64,000 nt of DNA. Origin: Candidatus Dojkabacteria bacterium. GTDB taxonomy: Bacteria; Patescibacteriota; Dojkabacteria; J137. The notes under the pieces are model-generated. The model had not been told where the DNA came from. It saw nothing but the letters and a program-made list of their open reading frames with translations, and made no database searches. The position numbers were made by a program, and so were the translations under genes. The number at the start of each line of letters is the position of its first letter. Position 1 is the stretch's first letter. The stretch lies in contig JBDTVZ010000001.1 of NCBI GenBank assembly GCA_040006935.1, positions 231,772-295,771 of the forward strand, written 5' to 3'. Of the stretch, positions 17,600 to 26,993 are shown in pieces.

Positions 17600-19045
17600 A
17601 TGGATAAGCAAGAAGTTATTGTCAGATTTGACAAAGTTACTTTTAAATACAACGATAAAAAGACAACTCTGGACGAAGCAGATTTCTCTGTACGTAAAGA
17701 CGCTAAAATAACAATAATGGGACAAAATGGTGCTGGAAAGAGTACTATTTTTAAATTATTGATCGGAGAATTAAAACCAACTTCAGGGAAAATCAATATA
17801 AAAGACGGATCTAAGATCGGAATTGCTCAGCAAATGATTGCAAAAGAATCCTTAGATTTGACAATCTTGCAGTATTTTGAATCGGCATTTGAAGAAAAAG
17901 TTTATGGAATTGAAAAGAAAATAAAGGATGTTTTAAGGACTGTAAATTTAGAAGTTCCGCTGGAAAAACAAGTGAAAGATTTATCTGGAGGACAAAAAGC
18001 GAGATTGCTTTTAGCTTTTGCATTAATACAAGATCCAGATATTTTATTACTCGACGAGCCTACAAATAATTTAGACCAGGTTGGAATCGAACACCTTACA
18101 GGATTCCTAATGTTTTACCCAAAGACCGTAATTGTAATTTCTCACGATGCAGATTTTTTAAATATGTTTACAGACGGGGTTCTAAACTTAGATACACATA
18201 CTCATAAAGTAGAGCAATTTGTAGGAAATTACTACGACGTTATTGCCCAAATAGAGGCACAGAGGGAAAGAGAAAGATTATTAAATGCTCGAATTGAAAA
18301 AAGTGTTAAAGATAGATTTGAAAAAGTTAATAAGTTGGGAGGAAAAAGTGTTGCTATGCGAAAACTTGCAAATAAAGTTAGAGAAGATATTGAAACTGAT
18401 CGTGAAAATATTGTAGAAGTTAGAAAAGAAGACAAAACTATTCCTGAATTTACAATTCCTGCACAACATACAATTACTTCTGTTATTCATATTACTTCAG
18501 TAAAATTTTTGAAAGAACATCAGATTCATGAAAGTAAGGTAGATCTAAAGCTATTTCGTGGAGACAGATTGATAATTAAAGGTCCAAATGGAATAGGGAA
18601 GAGTACTTTAATAAAGTCTTTGTTAAATCAAGAAGGGGCAAAAATTAGTGAAGATGTGCGAGTAGGTTACTACAGCCAAGATTTCTCTGAATTAGATATG
18701 AATGATACTGCTCTCAACTCTCTCAAAAGTGTAATGCAGGAAGTAGATATACCTAAGCTATATGCTACCGCAGGAAGATTTATGCTCACTGGAGAGCTTT
18801 TAAACAATAAAGTAGAATCTCTTAGTGAAGGACAGAAGGGATTACTTTGCTATGCAAGATTTATGTTACAAGAACCAGGACTATTAATAATGGATGAGCC
18901 TACAAATCATATAAATTTTAGACATATTCCAGTTATTGCAAAAGCTTTGGATGAGTATAAAGGTGTTTTAATTCTTGTGAGCCACTTACCAGATTTCGTG
19001 TCACAAATTAAGATTAAAGACGAATTAGATCTTCAAAGGCTGTAA
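17600..19045 (+). CDS. ABC-F family ATPase (two NBDs, no TM segments)
   Basis: GQNGAGKS / LSGGQ / DEPTN and GPNGIGKS / LSEGQ / DEPTNH. Confidence 0.9.
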   Translation: MDKQEVIVRFDKVTFKYNDKKTTLDEADFSVRKDAKITIMGQNGAGKSTIFKLLIGELKPTSGKINIKDGSKIGIAQQMIAKESLDLTILQYFESAFEEKVYGIEKKIKDVLRTVNLEVPLEKQVKDLSGGQKARLLLAFALIQDPDILLLDEPTNNLDQVGIEHLTGFLMFYPKTVIVISHDADFLNMFTDGVLNLDTHTHKVEQFVGNYYDVIAQIEAQRERERLLNARIEKSVKDRFEKVNKLGGKSVAMRKLANKVREDIETDRENIVEVRKEDKTIPEFTIPAQHTITSVIHITSVKFLKEHQIHESKVDLKLFRGDRLIIKGPNGIGKSTLIKSLLNQEGAKISEDVRVGYYSQDFSELDMNDTALNSLKSVMQEVDIPKLYATAGRFMLTGELLNNKVESLSEGQKGLLCYARFMLQEPGLLIMDEPTNHINFRHIPVIAKALDEYKGVLILVSHLPDFVSQIKIKDELDLQRL

Positions 19046-19171
19046 TTATTCGATACCTTGAAGTCCATTGATATTGACAAGTAAGGTAATATTCAAGATA
19101 ATATGACTATTAGTTCAAGAGATAACATATATATTTTTTCCAAAAAACTTGGACAACATTAAATTAATTTT

Positions 19172-19663
19172 ATGCTAGATTCCTCATATAATCTAAAAGA
19201 TTCAAAGTTCAATATTGTTTATAAGATCTTTTTCCTTAAATACAACCCAATAAGCGATAAGAATATATACATTGCACATATAATAAATTATGATATCTTA
19301 AAAGTTACAAATTTACCTTTTTGTCTTGATGCTCAAGATAAATGTATTCAATTACTATTAGATGAAGAAAAAAATATTACTAAGGAAAATACTATAATCT
19401 ACACTTTTTTTGATTTAAAGAAAGGGATAAGGGTACTTCCTGATATAAAGATCTTTTCACTGGGAGAAAATAAAAAGAAAACTATTGAGCAAGAAGGGAA
19501 AGTGTTGTTAGGAGGTATGGTGTTGATTGTTCCAGAGGGCTTTCTAAGGAAATATAAAAATAGTGTGGTCTCAGTGAGTAAATTTTTCAATCCTGCAACT
19601 AATATTGATGTGGTGGGTTCTTACGACGAGGCGATTGTTGCTATAGATAATTTTAAAAGCTAA
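19172..19663 (+). CDS. Hypothetical protein
   Basis: 163-aa ORF followed by a terminator-like hairpin. Confidence 0.5.
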   Translation: MLDSSYNLKDSKFNIVYKIFFLKYNPISDKNIYIAHIINYDILKVTNLPFCLDAQDKCIQLLLDEEKNITKENTIIYTFFDLKKGIRVLPDIKIFSLGENKKKTIEQEGKVLLGGMVLIVPEGFLRKYKNSVVSVSKFFNPATNIDVVGSYDEAIVAIDNFKS

Positions 19664-19686
19664 CAAGGGTTTTTAGGCCCTTGTTA
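19661..19686. terminator. Hairpin TAACAAGGG...CCCTTGTTA between convergent genes
   Basis: 9-bp inverted repeat. Confidence 0.6.
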
Positions 19687-19694
19687 AACTTCAA

Positions 19695-20600
19695 TTAGAT
19701 CCGAGCAATTGAAAGAGAACTTATTTGCATGTTCTGTTCGCTTACTGGGTTTCTAAAATTGATTTCGTAACCATTTGCACCTATTTGAGCTGATTGATTA
19801 TCAATAGAAAGCTCTAATGTTAGTGCAGGCATTGGCTGTGTAAGAGTATATTCACCAACTTTTTGTAAATTGATAAAGAACTTTACATTTTGAACGCCTT
19901 GGCTGTCTACTGACCATAAATAACTTGGTACAAACCAATCATTCATGTTAACAGTTGGAAGATCTGCTACATATAAAGGATTTAGTGAAACTGTGTTATC
20001 AACAACAGTTGCCTTGTATCCTGTAAAGAATCCACCAAAAGTTTGTCCATCAGTCCAATTGAATCCAATTGATTGTATTGGAGCAATATAACCTGTTGGT
20101 CCTAAAGGATTATTCCATAACCAGAAAGGATGACTTCCTACAGCAGCACCTGTACCATCTGCTTTATATCCAGATGAAAACTTCATTGTAGAAGTAACAA
20201 GAATTGGGTGACCTACAGTTGGTAACCATCTGTGAGGAGTATTGTAGCTATACCCATTTCTCTCTTCTGTTAAATCAGAAACCATAATAGATCCTGGGTA
20301 AGTTTGTGGCTTTAAAGTAAATTTAGCAACACCATTAACCTGAGCTAAACAGGCATCATAGTTGCAATCAACATTTTCTGCTTGAGAAAAACCTGTTGGG
20401 CCTCCGCTTTTTAGGGTTCTCCACCAGTATGATTGATTTGCAGTTGGACTTGGTGTTTGGAATGGTGCACTAAAATTATCAAAAACCAAATTTGGTGTTG
20501 AAAGATTAATGATTAATGCATTCACACCTGTTGTAGACATTGCCATTATGAGTAATGCGAGAACACTACCCACTCCAGCTTTACGAAGTATAGACTTCAT
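19695..20600 (-). CDS. Secreted beta-sandwich (ConA/GH16-like) protein
   Basis: Signal peptide ending VNA; Trp-rich beta-strand pattern (FDNF, YLW...VKFFIN). Confidence 0.5.
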   Translation of the reverse strand: MKSILRKAGVGSVLALLIMAMSTTGVNALIINLSTPNLVFDNFSAPFQTPSPTANQSYWWRTLKSGGPTGFSQAENVDCNYDACLAQVNGVAKFTLKPQTYPGSIMVSDLTEERNGYSYNTPHRWLPTVGHPILVTSTMKFSSGYKADGTGAAVGSHPFWLWNNPLGPTGYIAPIQSIGFNWTDGQTFGGFFTGYKATVVDNTVSLNPLYVADLPTVNMNDWFVPSYLWSVDSQGVQNVKFFINLQKVGEYTLTQPMPALTLELSIDNQSAQIGANGYEINFRNPVSEQNMQISSLSIARI

Positions 20601-20934
20601 AGAGTTAAGTTTAATAGATAAAAGTATAAGCGCTTATACAAGTGTATTTAATCATTAAGTTGTGTTTTATACTAGTGGTTGTTAGAAGCTAGTTAAACAT
20701 AGAATGTTCTTAGTTAATTAGATATATTGGAGATATAATAATTTCATAGTATATTTTACATAGTAATATCTTTTTACACACGTCGTGGTATTCTGACAGA
20801 TTTACCCTGTACTAATCGAGGTAAGGAACAAAGTCCACCTTACATGACAGTATATATTTTTTAATTTTGGCAGCAAAACATAAGTTTTCTTATACTGCTA
20901 TGATATAATTATCCATAATTTATAAGTTTTTATT

Positions 20935-21468
20935 ATGAAAAAATTACATCCAAATAGTATATGGTTATTCTTTATTCAGAATTTAGTAGGATGTTTCTTT
21001 GCAAGTTTCTTTCTTGCAATATTTAGTCTTAGTTGGACTATAGGTTTATTCGAAGATTCCTCTACAAAGAATGGGATCGTGGTAACAATGCTACTTATCT
21101 GTTCGATAGTATTCATATTAATAGTTATATTATCATATGTATTTGCGGTTTTATCTTACAATAATTACAAATATGAATTAAAGGAAGATGGATTTTATAA
21201 GGAGTCCGGAGTTATTACAAAAAAATACGTGACTATTCCATACGAGAGAATTCAAAATATTGATATTTATAGAGGTATTTTAGCAAGAATATTAGGACTT
21301 TCTGATTTACAAATTCAAACTGCAGGAATGAGTGCAGTTTATACAAATAAAGGTGCTTACGGAGTTAATGCAGAAGGAAGGTTGCCTGGATTGTCAGAAC
21401 AAGATGCAAAAGAAATTAGAGATGAATTAATCAAGAGGGCAAAAGGTTCTAAACATAGCGGACTGTAA
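20935..21468 (+). CDS. Bacterial PH-domain membrane protein (YdbS/bPH_2-like)
   Basis: Two TM helices; IPYERIQNI...RILGLSDLQIQTAG. Confidence 0.85.
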   Translation: MKKLHPNSIWLFFIQNLVGCFFASFFLAIFSLSWTIGLFEDSSTKNGIVVTMLLICSIVFILIVILSYVFAVLSYNNYKYELKEDGFYKESGVITKKYVTIPYERIQNIDIYRGILARILGLSDLQIQTAGMSAVYTNKGAYGVNAEGRLPGLSEQDAKEIRDELIKRAKGSKHSGL

Positions 21469-21487
21469 ATTATACAAGTATTTAGTC

Positions 21488-22468
21488 ATGCTCTACAGAC
21501 CTAAATTCGAAGAAGGTATAAAAGAAGAACCACTACATCTAGCACAAAGCATCCCTGATGCTTTAAGTGAGCTTCGAACTCTCCAAGGTGAGGAAAGATA
21601 TACAAAAAACGTTACAGTAATGCTACATTACTTTGTTTGGCCCAACACAGTCCTGTTAAATGAATTCGATATCCGTAATCTTTCAAGCTGGCATAGCAAC
21701 CTCGAATCATTAGATAAACAATCTTTTGAGTTTGTAAAAGAACAAATACAAAGAACGTTGTCTGCGTTAATACTTGCAGTCGAAATTACTAAAAAAGGTT
21801 ACACAGTAGACTTTATTCATTCTGCTGCAGATGTTGTATGGGCTTATGGAGAAATTCCAGGTCAACTTTATCCTTCTGATGTAGTAAGAATTTTAATTAG
21901 TCAAATCTCCGAAATTTATCCAGAGCTGAAGGAAGAACTAAATGCGCATCATATTGATTTAAATATTGATGGCAATAGTTCTAAAACTTCAATAGACGAG
22001 TGGAATCCTGTGGTAGATAATTTGAGACCAAATACTACAAGAGTTTTCTCTGTAACAACTCTTTATCATGCTGATAGAGTTTTAGCTTCAATATCAGATG
22101 GAAATATTAATAAATTGAGAAAATCTGGAATTTATACTATAACTTCTTTAGGCACTCCACTTTTACAAGAAGAAGGAGAGAAAGTGCCTAATTATAAGCA
22201 ATTCGTTGGAGAGGGTGACGATATGCAAATTAACCTTCCCGCTGAAGTATCCGAAATACTCAAAGCGTCTGCAATTACGCCATCTTTAATGAGAGATTTT
22301 AAAGATGATATAAAAGGACTAGTTACAAAAGTTAGCCCAGTGTTAATTGGCAAACTAGCTAGAGTAAGAGATCTTGATCCAGAATCAGGTGGTGCTCAAT
22401 TAGCAAACGAGCAAAGAAAATTTGTGAGAAGAAAATATGGTCATCCAACTGTAGTAGAAGAAAGCTAA
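21488..22468 (+). CDS. Hypothetical protein, weak YdcF/DUF218-like motif
   Basis: VTTLYHADRV resembles VTSxxHxxR. Confidence 0.45.
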   Translation: MLYRPKFEEGIKEEPLHLAQSIPDALSELRTLQGEERYTKNVTVMLHYFVWPNTVLLNEFDIRNLSSWHSNLESLDKQSFEFVKEQIQRTLSALILAVEITKKGYTVDFIHSAADVVWAYGEIPGQLYPSDVVRILISQISEIYPELKEELNAHHIDLNIDGNSSKTSIDEWNPVVDNLRPNTTRVFSVTTLYHADRVLASISDGNINKLRKSGIYTITSLGTPLLQEEGEKVPNYKQFVGEGDDMQINLPAEVSEILKASAITPSLMRDFKDDIKGLVTKVSPVLIGKLARVRDLDPESGGAQLANEQRKFVRRKYGHPTVVEES

Positions 22469-22473
22469 CTCAC

Positions 22474-23736
22474 TTACTCGTATCTCAAAGCATCAATTGG
22501 ATTCAATCTCGCAGCTTTTGCAGCAGGATAAATGCCAAATATAATTCCAATTAAACTTGAAACACCAACAGCAAGCAAAATTGCATCCATTGTCACAACT
22601 CCTGAAAAATCCAAAAGTCTACTTGCTCCTATACTAATTGCATAACCTAACAAAATTCCGAAAATTCCTCCTAAAAGCGTAAGGATTACTGCTTCAATCA
22701 AGAATTGAATTAAGATATCAGTTGTTTGTGCACCAACGGCTTTTCGCAATCCTATTTCACGAGTTCTTTCTGTTACAGAGACAAGCATAATATTCATAAT
22801 TCCTATTCCTCCAACTAATAAAGATATCGCTGCTATTCCTGCGAGTAATGATGTTAAGACTCCTGTAATCTGACTAACTGTGGATAAGAGTTCACCTGCT
22901 GTGGTTAAAGAAAAATCTGCTAGAGATTTATCCTCAATATTGTGGTTTTTTAAAATAATATCTTCAATTTGAGATTTGGCTTGTTCTACAGTGTCGCTAG
23001 TAACTGCCTGTACTGTAAAACTATTGTAGTAATTAGTTTTGAATAAACTTAATGCTGTAAAATCTGGAATAAATGCTTCAGAGTTCGGATTATTAAAACT
23101 GAAATTACTTTCTTCTTTTTTTGCTAAAACTCCAATAATTGTAAATTCAGTATTTTGAACGGTTATTGTTTTATCTATAATATCAGTCGAATCAAAGAAT
23201 TCATGGGCAATTGAATCTCCTAGAATGATTACATTATCATTCCTATCGATATCATCAAGGTCCAAATACTTCCCACCAGAAAGTGGTAAGTCATTAATTT
23301 GGAAATACCGTGGAGAAACTCCCGCAACATTAAATCTTTCCTCAATTGCATCTAGTTTGAATATCGCATTGCTTGAAACAGTTCCACTAATATTCTTAAC
23401 CAAGTCTGTTGAAACTTGATCAAGTGATTGTAAATCCTCTTTTGTTAAAGTTTGAGGAGTCGAAAGACCAGCGCCTGGAGTTCCAGTTTGTTGCCTTTGA
23501 GATACTCCATTTTCAGATACTCTTGATGCAAGACTACTACCTGACATTACTGTTATATTTGTACTTCCAAGTCCAGAAATTTGATCTGTAATACTTGCTT
23601 GAACCCCGTTGCCTAAAGCGATTAATCCAATCACAGATCCTATACCTATTATTACTCCAAGTACTGTTAAGAAGCTTCTTCCTTTGTTGGATAATATTGA
23701 TCTAAAAGATTGTTTTAAAATACTATAAAGTTTCAT
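22474..23736 (-). CDS. MacB/FtsX-type ABC transporter permease
   Basis: RSFLTVLGVIIG, GGIGIMNIMLVSVTERTREIGLRKAVGA, PIDALRYE. Confidence 0.95.
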   Translation of the reverse strand: MKLYSILKQSFRSILSNKGRSFLTVLGVIIGIGSVIGLIALGNGVQASITDQISGLGSTNITVMSGSSLASRVSENGVSQRQQTGTPGAGLSTPQTLTKEDLQSLDQVSTDLVKNISGTVSSNAIFKLDAIEERFNVAGVSPRYFQINDLPLSGGKYLDLDDIDRNDNVIILGDSIAHEFFDSTDIIDKTITVQNTEFTIIGVLAKKEESNFSFNNPNSEAFIPDFTALSLFKTNYYNSFTVQAVTSDTVEQAKSQIEDIILKNHNIEDKSLADFSLTTAGELLSTVSQITGVLTSLLAGIAAISLLVGGIGIMNIMLVSVTERTREIGLRKAVGAQTTDILIQFLIEAVILTLLGGIFGILLGYAISIGASRLLDFSGVVTMDAILLAVGVSSLIGIIFGIYPAAKAARLNPIDALRYE

Positions 23737-23758
23737 AATTTAGAATTTAAATCGTAAG

Positions 23759-24439
23759 TTATTTATTATTTTCAATATTAGTTACTTCTCCGTCTTTAAC
23801 ATGTATTATTCTATCTGCGTATTTTGCAATTTCATCTTCATGGGTAATCAGAACTATAGTTGCGCCCTCTTTATTAATTTCTTGAAATAATTGCATAATT
23901 TCGTTTGATTTCTTACTATCAAGGTTACCAGTTGGCTCATCTGCTAAGATTATACTGGGCTGCATCATTAGAGCCCTAGCAATTGCAACTCTTTGAACTT
24001 GACCACCGGAGAGCTCATTACTTTTATGATTCTTACGATCTTTCAAACCTACCTTTTCTATTAAAAATTCTGCTCTCTGACTTGGATTACTTACTTTTCC
24101 GTAAATTGAGGGAAGAAGCACATTCTCCAAAACTGTTGTTCTTGGTAATAAGTTAAATTGTTGGAAAACAAAGCCAATTTCTTTATTTCTAATCCTTGCA
24201 AGTTCTCTTCCTTTCAATTTACTTACATCCTTGCTGTTTAAAATATAAGTTCCATTTGTTGGAGTATCGAGCAATCCAAGTAAATTCATTAACGTAGACT
24301 TTCCAGAACCTGAGGGCCCCATTATTGCGACAAATTCACCTTTGTCTATAGTTAAATCAATGTTTTTAAGTGCATGTGTAAGCTCACCACCGTTTTTATA
24401 AGTCTTGTGTATGTTTTTTAAATCGATTAAAGCACTCAT
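23759..24439 (-). CDS. MacB/LolD-type ABC transporter ATP-binding subunit
   Basis: GPSGSGKST, LSGGQ, LADEPTGNLD. Confidence 0.95.
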   Translation of the reverse strand: MSALIDLKNIHKTYKNGGELTHALKNIDLTIDKGEFVAIMGPSGSGKSTLMNLLGLLDTPTNGTYILNSKDVSKLKGRELARIRNKEIGFVFQQFNLLPRTTVLENVLLPSIYGKVSNPSQRAEFLIEKVGLKDRKNHKSNELSGGQVQRVAIARALMMQPSIILADEPTGNLDSKKSNEIMQLFQEINKEGATIVLITHEDEIAKYADRIIHVKDGEVTNIENNK

Positions 24440-24522
24440 TTTTAGTTCTTAATAAATACGAACATCAGATAGTATATCATTATCATGCTCCGTGTTACAA
24501 TCTAGATAATTAAATTAATAAA

Positions 24523-25167
24523 ATGGACCCAGGACACATTGGATTTTTTAAAGCAGTAGGTAAAAATATAAATGGCTCTTTCCTCGAAATGGATGATGGT
24601 AAAGATTTATTCATGCCTCTAAACGAGCAACGTGGTGAAGTTAATATTGGTGAAGAATATTTAGTAATTGTATTTAAATACGAAAATACTCCAACACTGC
24701 TTTTATCTCAAAAAATTGACAAGCATTTAAAAACAGAAATAGAAGAGGGCGAATTGACTAAAAATCAAGAAGTTAGTGGTTATGTGTACGAATTGAATCC
24801 TCTTGGAGCAAAAGTAGCAATAAACAAAACTCACAAAGGATTAATATTTAAAAACGAAATTAATCAAGAACTTAAAGTAGGAGATCAGTTTGCCTTTTTT
24901 ATAAAAACAATTAGAGAAGATGGAAAAATAGATTTAGCTTTAAAAAAACAAGGATATAGAGGTTATATATCAAGCTCGACAGAACAAATTTTAAAAGAAC
25001 TTCAAAATGCCAACGGAGTATTACCTTACAACGACAAAAGTACCCCAGAGGAAATTAATAAAGTTTTTAAAATGAGTAAGAAAGTATTTAAAGAATCCAT
25101 TGGTAAACTTTACAAACAAAGACTTATAGGAATTAGTGATAAAGGTATAAGATTAGTTACAGAATAA
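24523..25167 (+). CDS. cvfB: CvfB-family S1 RNA-binding protein
   Basis: S1 repeats; REDGKIDL; MSKKVFKESIGKLYK winged-helix tail. Confidence 0.8.
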   Translation: MDPGHIGFFKAVGKNINGSFLEMDDGKDLFMPLNEQRGEVNIGEEYLVIVFKYENTPTLLLSQKIDKHLKTEIEEGELTKNQEVSGYVYELNPLGAKVAINKTHKGLIFKNEINQELKVGDQFAFFIKTIREDGKIDLALKKQGYRGYISSSTEQILKELQNANGVLPYNDKSTPEEINKVFKMSKKVFKESIGKLYKQRLIGISDKGIRLVTE

Positions 25168-25209
25168 GTCTCTTCAACACTAAGAAACCAGATTACTTAT
25201 AGTAATTTA

Positions 25210-25674
25210 TTAGACATTTCTTAAGTAATGTAGCATTTCTTCGGCCATTTCGTCTGTTTCTTCATCTACGCCGTAGCCTCCAAAGATATCGGTTAATCTC
25301 TCAAATACCTGCATCCTATCTGTATGATCTAATAGATTACCTCCCTCGTTTATAAAAGCTTCTTTTTGTAACATTTCAATTACAGATTCAGGAAGACGAG
25401 GATCTGACAAGATGTCAAATCTTGGATCCTTTAGTGTCACTTTTATTATATCTCCTCTAATCATTATATTAAACTTAGTATTTGGTATATCTTTATGTTT
25501 TTCATATGTGGCAATTAACAATGGGATAATTGGATGGCTACTACTCGAATTATTAAAGGAACCTTCTTCTGTGTAGATACCAAGGTCGACTAATTCGCCT
25601 CTATTTTGTATATTTAAAAGCGAATACAAATCTTTCATCATCTCTTTAAACGGTAATTTTTCAGGGTTTTCCAT
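25210..25674 (-). CDS. Hypothetical protein (start set at MENPEK)
   Basis: ORF with TATAAT 9 nt upstream of this ATG. Confidence 0.5.
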   Translation of the reverse strand: MENPEKLPFKEMMKDLYSLLNIQNRGELVDLGIYTEEGSFNNSSSSHPIIPLLIATYEKHKDIPNTKFNIMIRGDIIKVTLKDPRFDILSDPRLPESVIEMLQKEAFINEGGNLLDHTDRMQVFERLTDIFGGYGVDEETDEMAEEMLHYLRNV

Positions 25675-25799
25675 ATTAATAACATTATAGATAATAAACA
25701 ATCTTACACTTTCTCTCAGGATTTTATAAGTAGGCTGAACAGATGTGGTAAATCTTCAAATAATATATAATATTTAGCTAGTTCTTAAATAGACAATTT

Positions 25800-26225
25800 A
25801 TGAAATTAACAATTGAAGATAAAATTCCAAAACCTATTTCTGAAGTTTACGATGCAATAGTAAACCCTGATAAATTAATAAATTATTTTGTTACTAAAAC
25901 TTCAAACCAGATAATTGAAGGGAAGTCTGCAAGTTGGGATTTTGGAGAAGAAGGACAAGTAACAATCCGAGTTACACAATTAGAAAAAGATAAATTGATT
26001 GAGTTTAATTGGCCTGCAACTGGGTTAACTACAAATGTAGAAATTAAGCTGGAAGAAATTGATGTAAATACCACAAAGATAGTTATTTCCGAAGGAGAGT
26101 GGAAGTTAGACAAGGATTCTGTATCAATTATGGTTGGACAAACTCAAGGCTGGACTGGGTTTATTAACGGACTAAAATCTTACCTCCTCTTTAATATTAA
26201 TTTAAGAGAAGGTAAAAAGTTATAG
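25800..26225 (+). CDS. SRPBCC/AHSA1-like protein
   Basis: PISEVYDAIVNP...LIEFNW...GWTGF...LKSYL. Confidence 0.85.
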   Translation: MKLTIEDKIPKPISEVYDAIVNPDKLINYFVTKTSNQIIEGKSASWDFGEEGQVTIRVTQLEKDKLIEFNWPATGLTTNVEIKLEEIDVNTTKIVISEGEWKLDKDSVSIMVGQTQGWTGFINGLKSYLLFNINLREGKKL

Positions 26226-26251
26226 AAAAAGCTCCTCACGGAGCTTTTTCT
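26224..26251. terminator. Bidirectional intrinsic terminator
   Basis: AGAAAAAGCTCC-TCAC-GGAGCTTTTTCT between convergent genes. Confidence 0.8.
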
Positions 26252-26267
26252 ATACGTATGAATTATT

Positions 26268-26669
26268 TTAAACTACATCTTCCGTTTTGCTTGAAAATAA
26301 ACCTATTACTACTGCAAAAATCCAAGCTATTAAATACCACACTAAAATTGCCATAACAGATGCTAATTCTAAATAGCCGCCTTCAACATTTGTAACTGGG
26401 AATATTCCTTGGAATGGTACTACAAAGAAGTTTGTTAAGCTAATCATAAAGCTTACAAACCCAGTTTGATTTGCTCCTAAGAGTAGCAATACAAATCTGA
26501 ATAAAATCAAAACATTAATTATAGTTACAAGAGTAAAAATAACCTGATTTACCTTGGAGACAAAGAAATCTCCTGAGAAAACATTATAGTTTGACCTAAC
26601 TGTTCTCTTAACAGTGTTGCCCATTGCATCCTGAGTTACTGTTGTTGACTCTTTGACGGTATTGTCCAT
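26268..26669 (-). CDS. YggT-like membrane protein
   Basis: RFVLLLLGAN...FVVPFQGIF. Confidence 0.7.
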   Translation of the reverse strand: MDNTVKESTTVTQDAMGNTVKRTVRSNYNVFSGDFFVSKVNQVIFTLVTIINVLILFRFVLLLLGANQTGFVSFMISLTNFFVVPFQGIFPVTNVEGGYLELASVMAILVWYLIAWIFAVVIGLFSSKTEDVV

Positions 26670-26823
26670 GGAAGAGAAAATAAAAAGTATATATACATAC
26701 TACCAGTTTCCTGACAGGAATGGAACATTTCCCTTAAACTGACATTATGCACTGTGACCTATACCCCATAACTTTAGTTATTAAATGATAACTTTAATGA
26801 GTCCTGATTTTCAGGACGATTAT

Positions 26824-26845
26824 TAGATTTATGTTGGCTTTAGCA
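26824..26845. repeat. 22-nt dispersed repeat TTAGATTTATGTTGGCTTTAGC, copy 1
   Basis: Identical to 58031-58052. Confidence 0.75.
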
Positions 26846-26920
26846 CGCCACTGATTATCTCTTGAATATATGTTTGTGGAGTTACTCAACTTTCCTCTCA
26901 ATATAAACACTTAACTCCCT

Positions 26921-26976
26921 CCTTGCCTGCCTTGCCTGTCGGCAGACACGGTCGGCAGGCATGAACGTCAGGCAGG
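26921..26976. repeat. Nested REP-like palindromes (GCCTGCC...GGCAGGC family)
   Basis: GC-rich palindromes nested in an AT-rich intergenic region; relatives at 42832 and 63113. Confidence 0.7.
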
Positions 26977-26993
26977 TTGATAACGTTTAATTG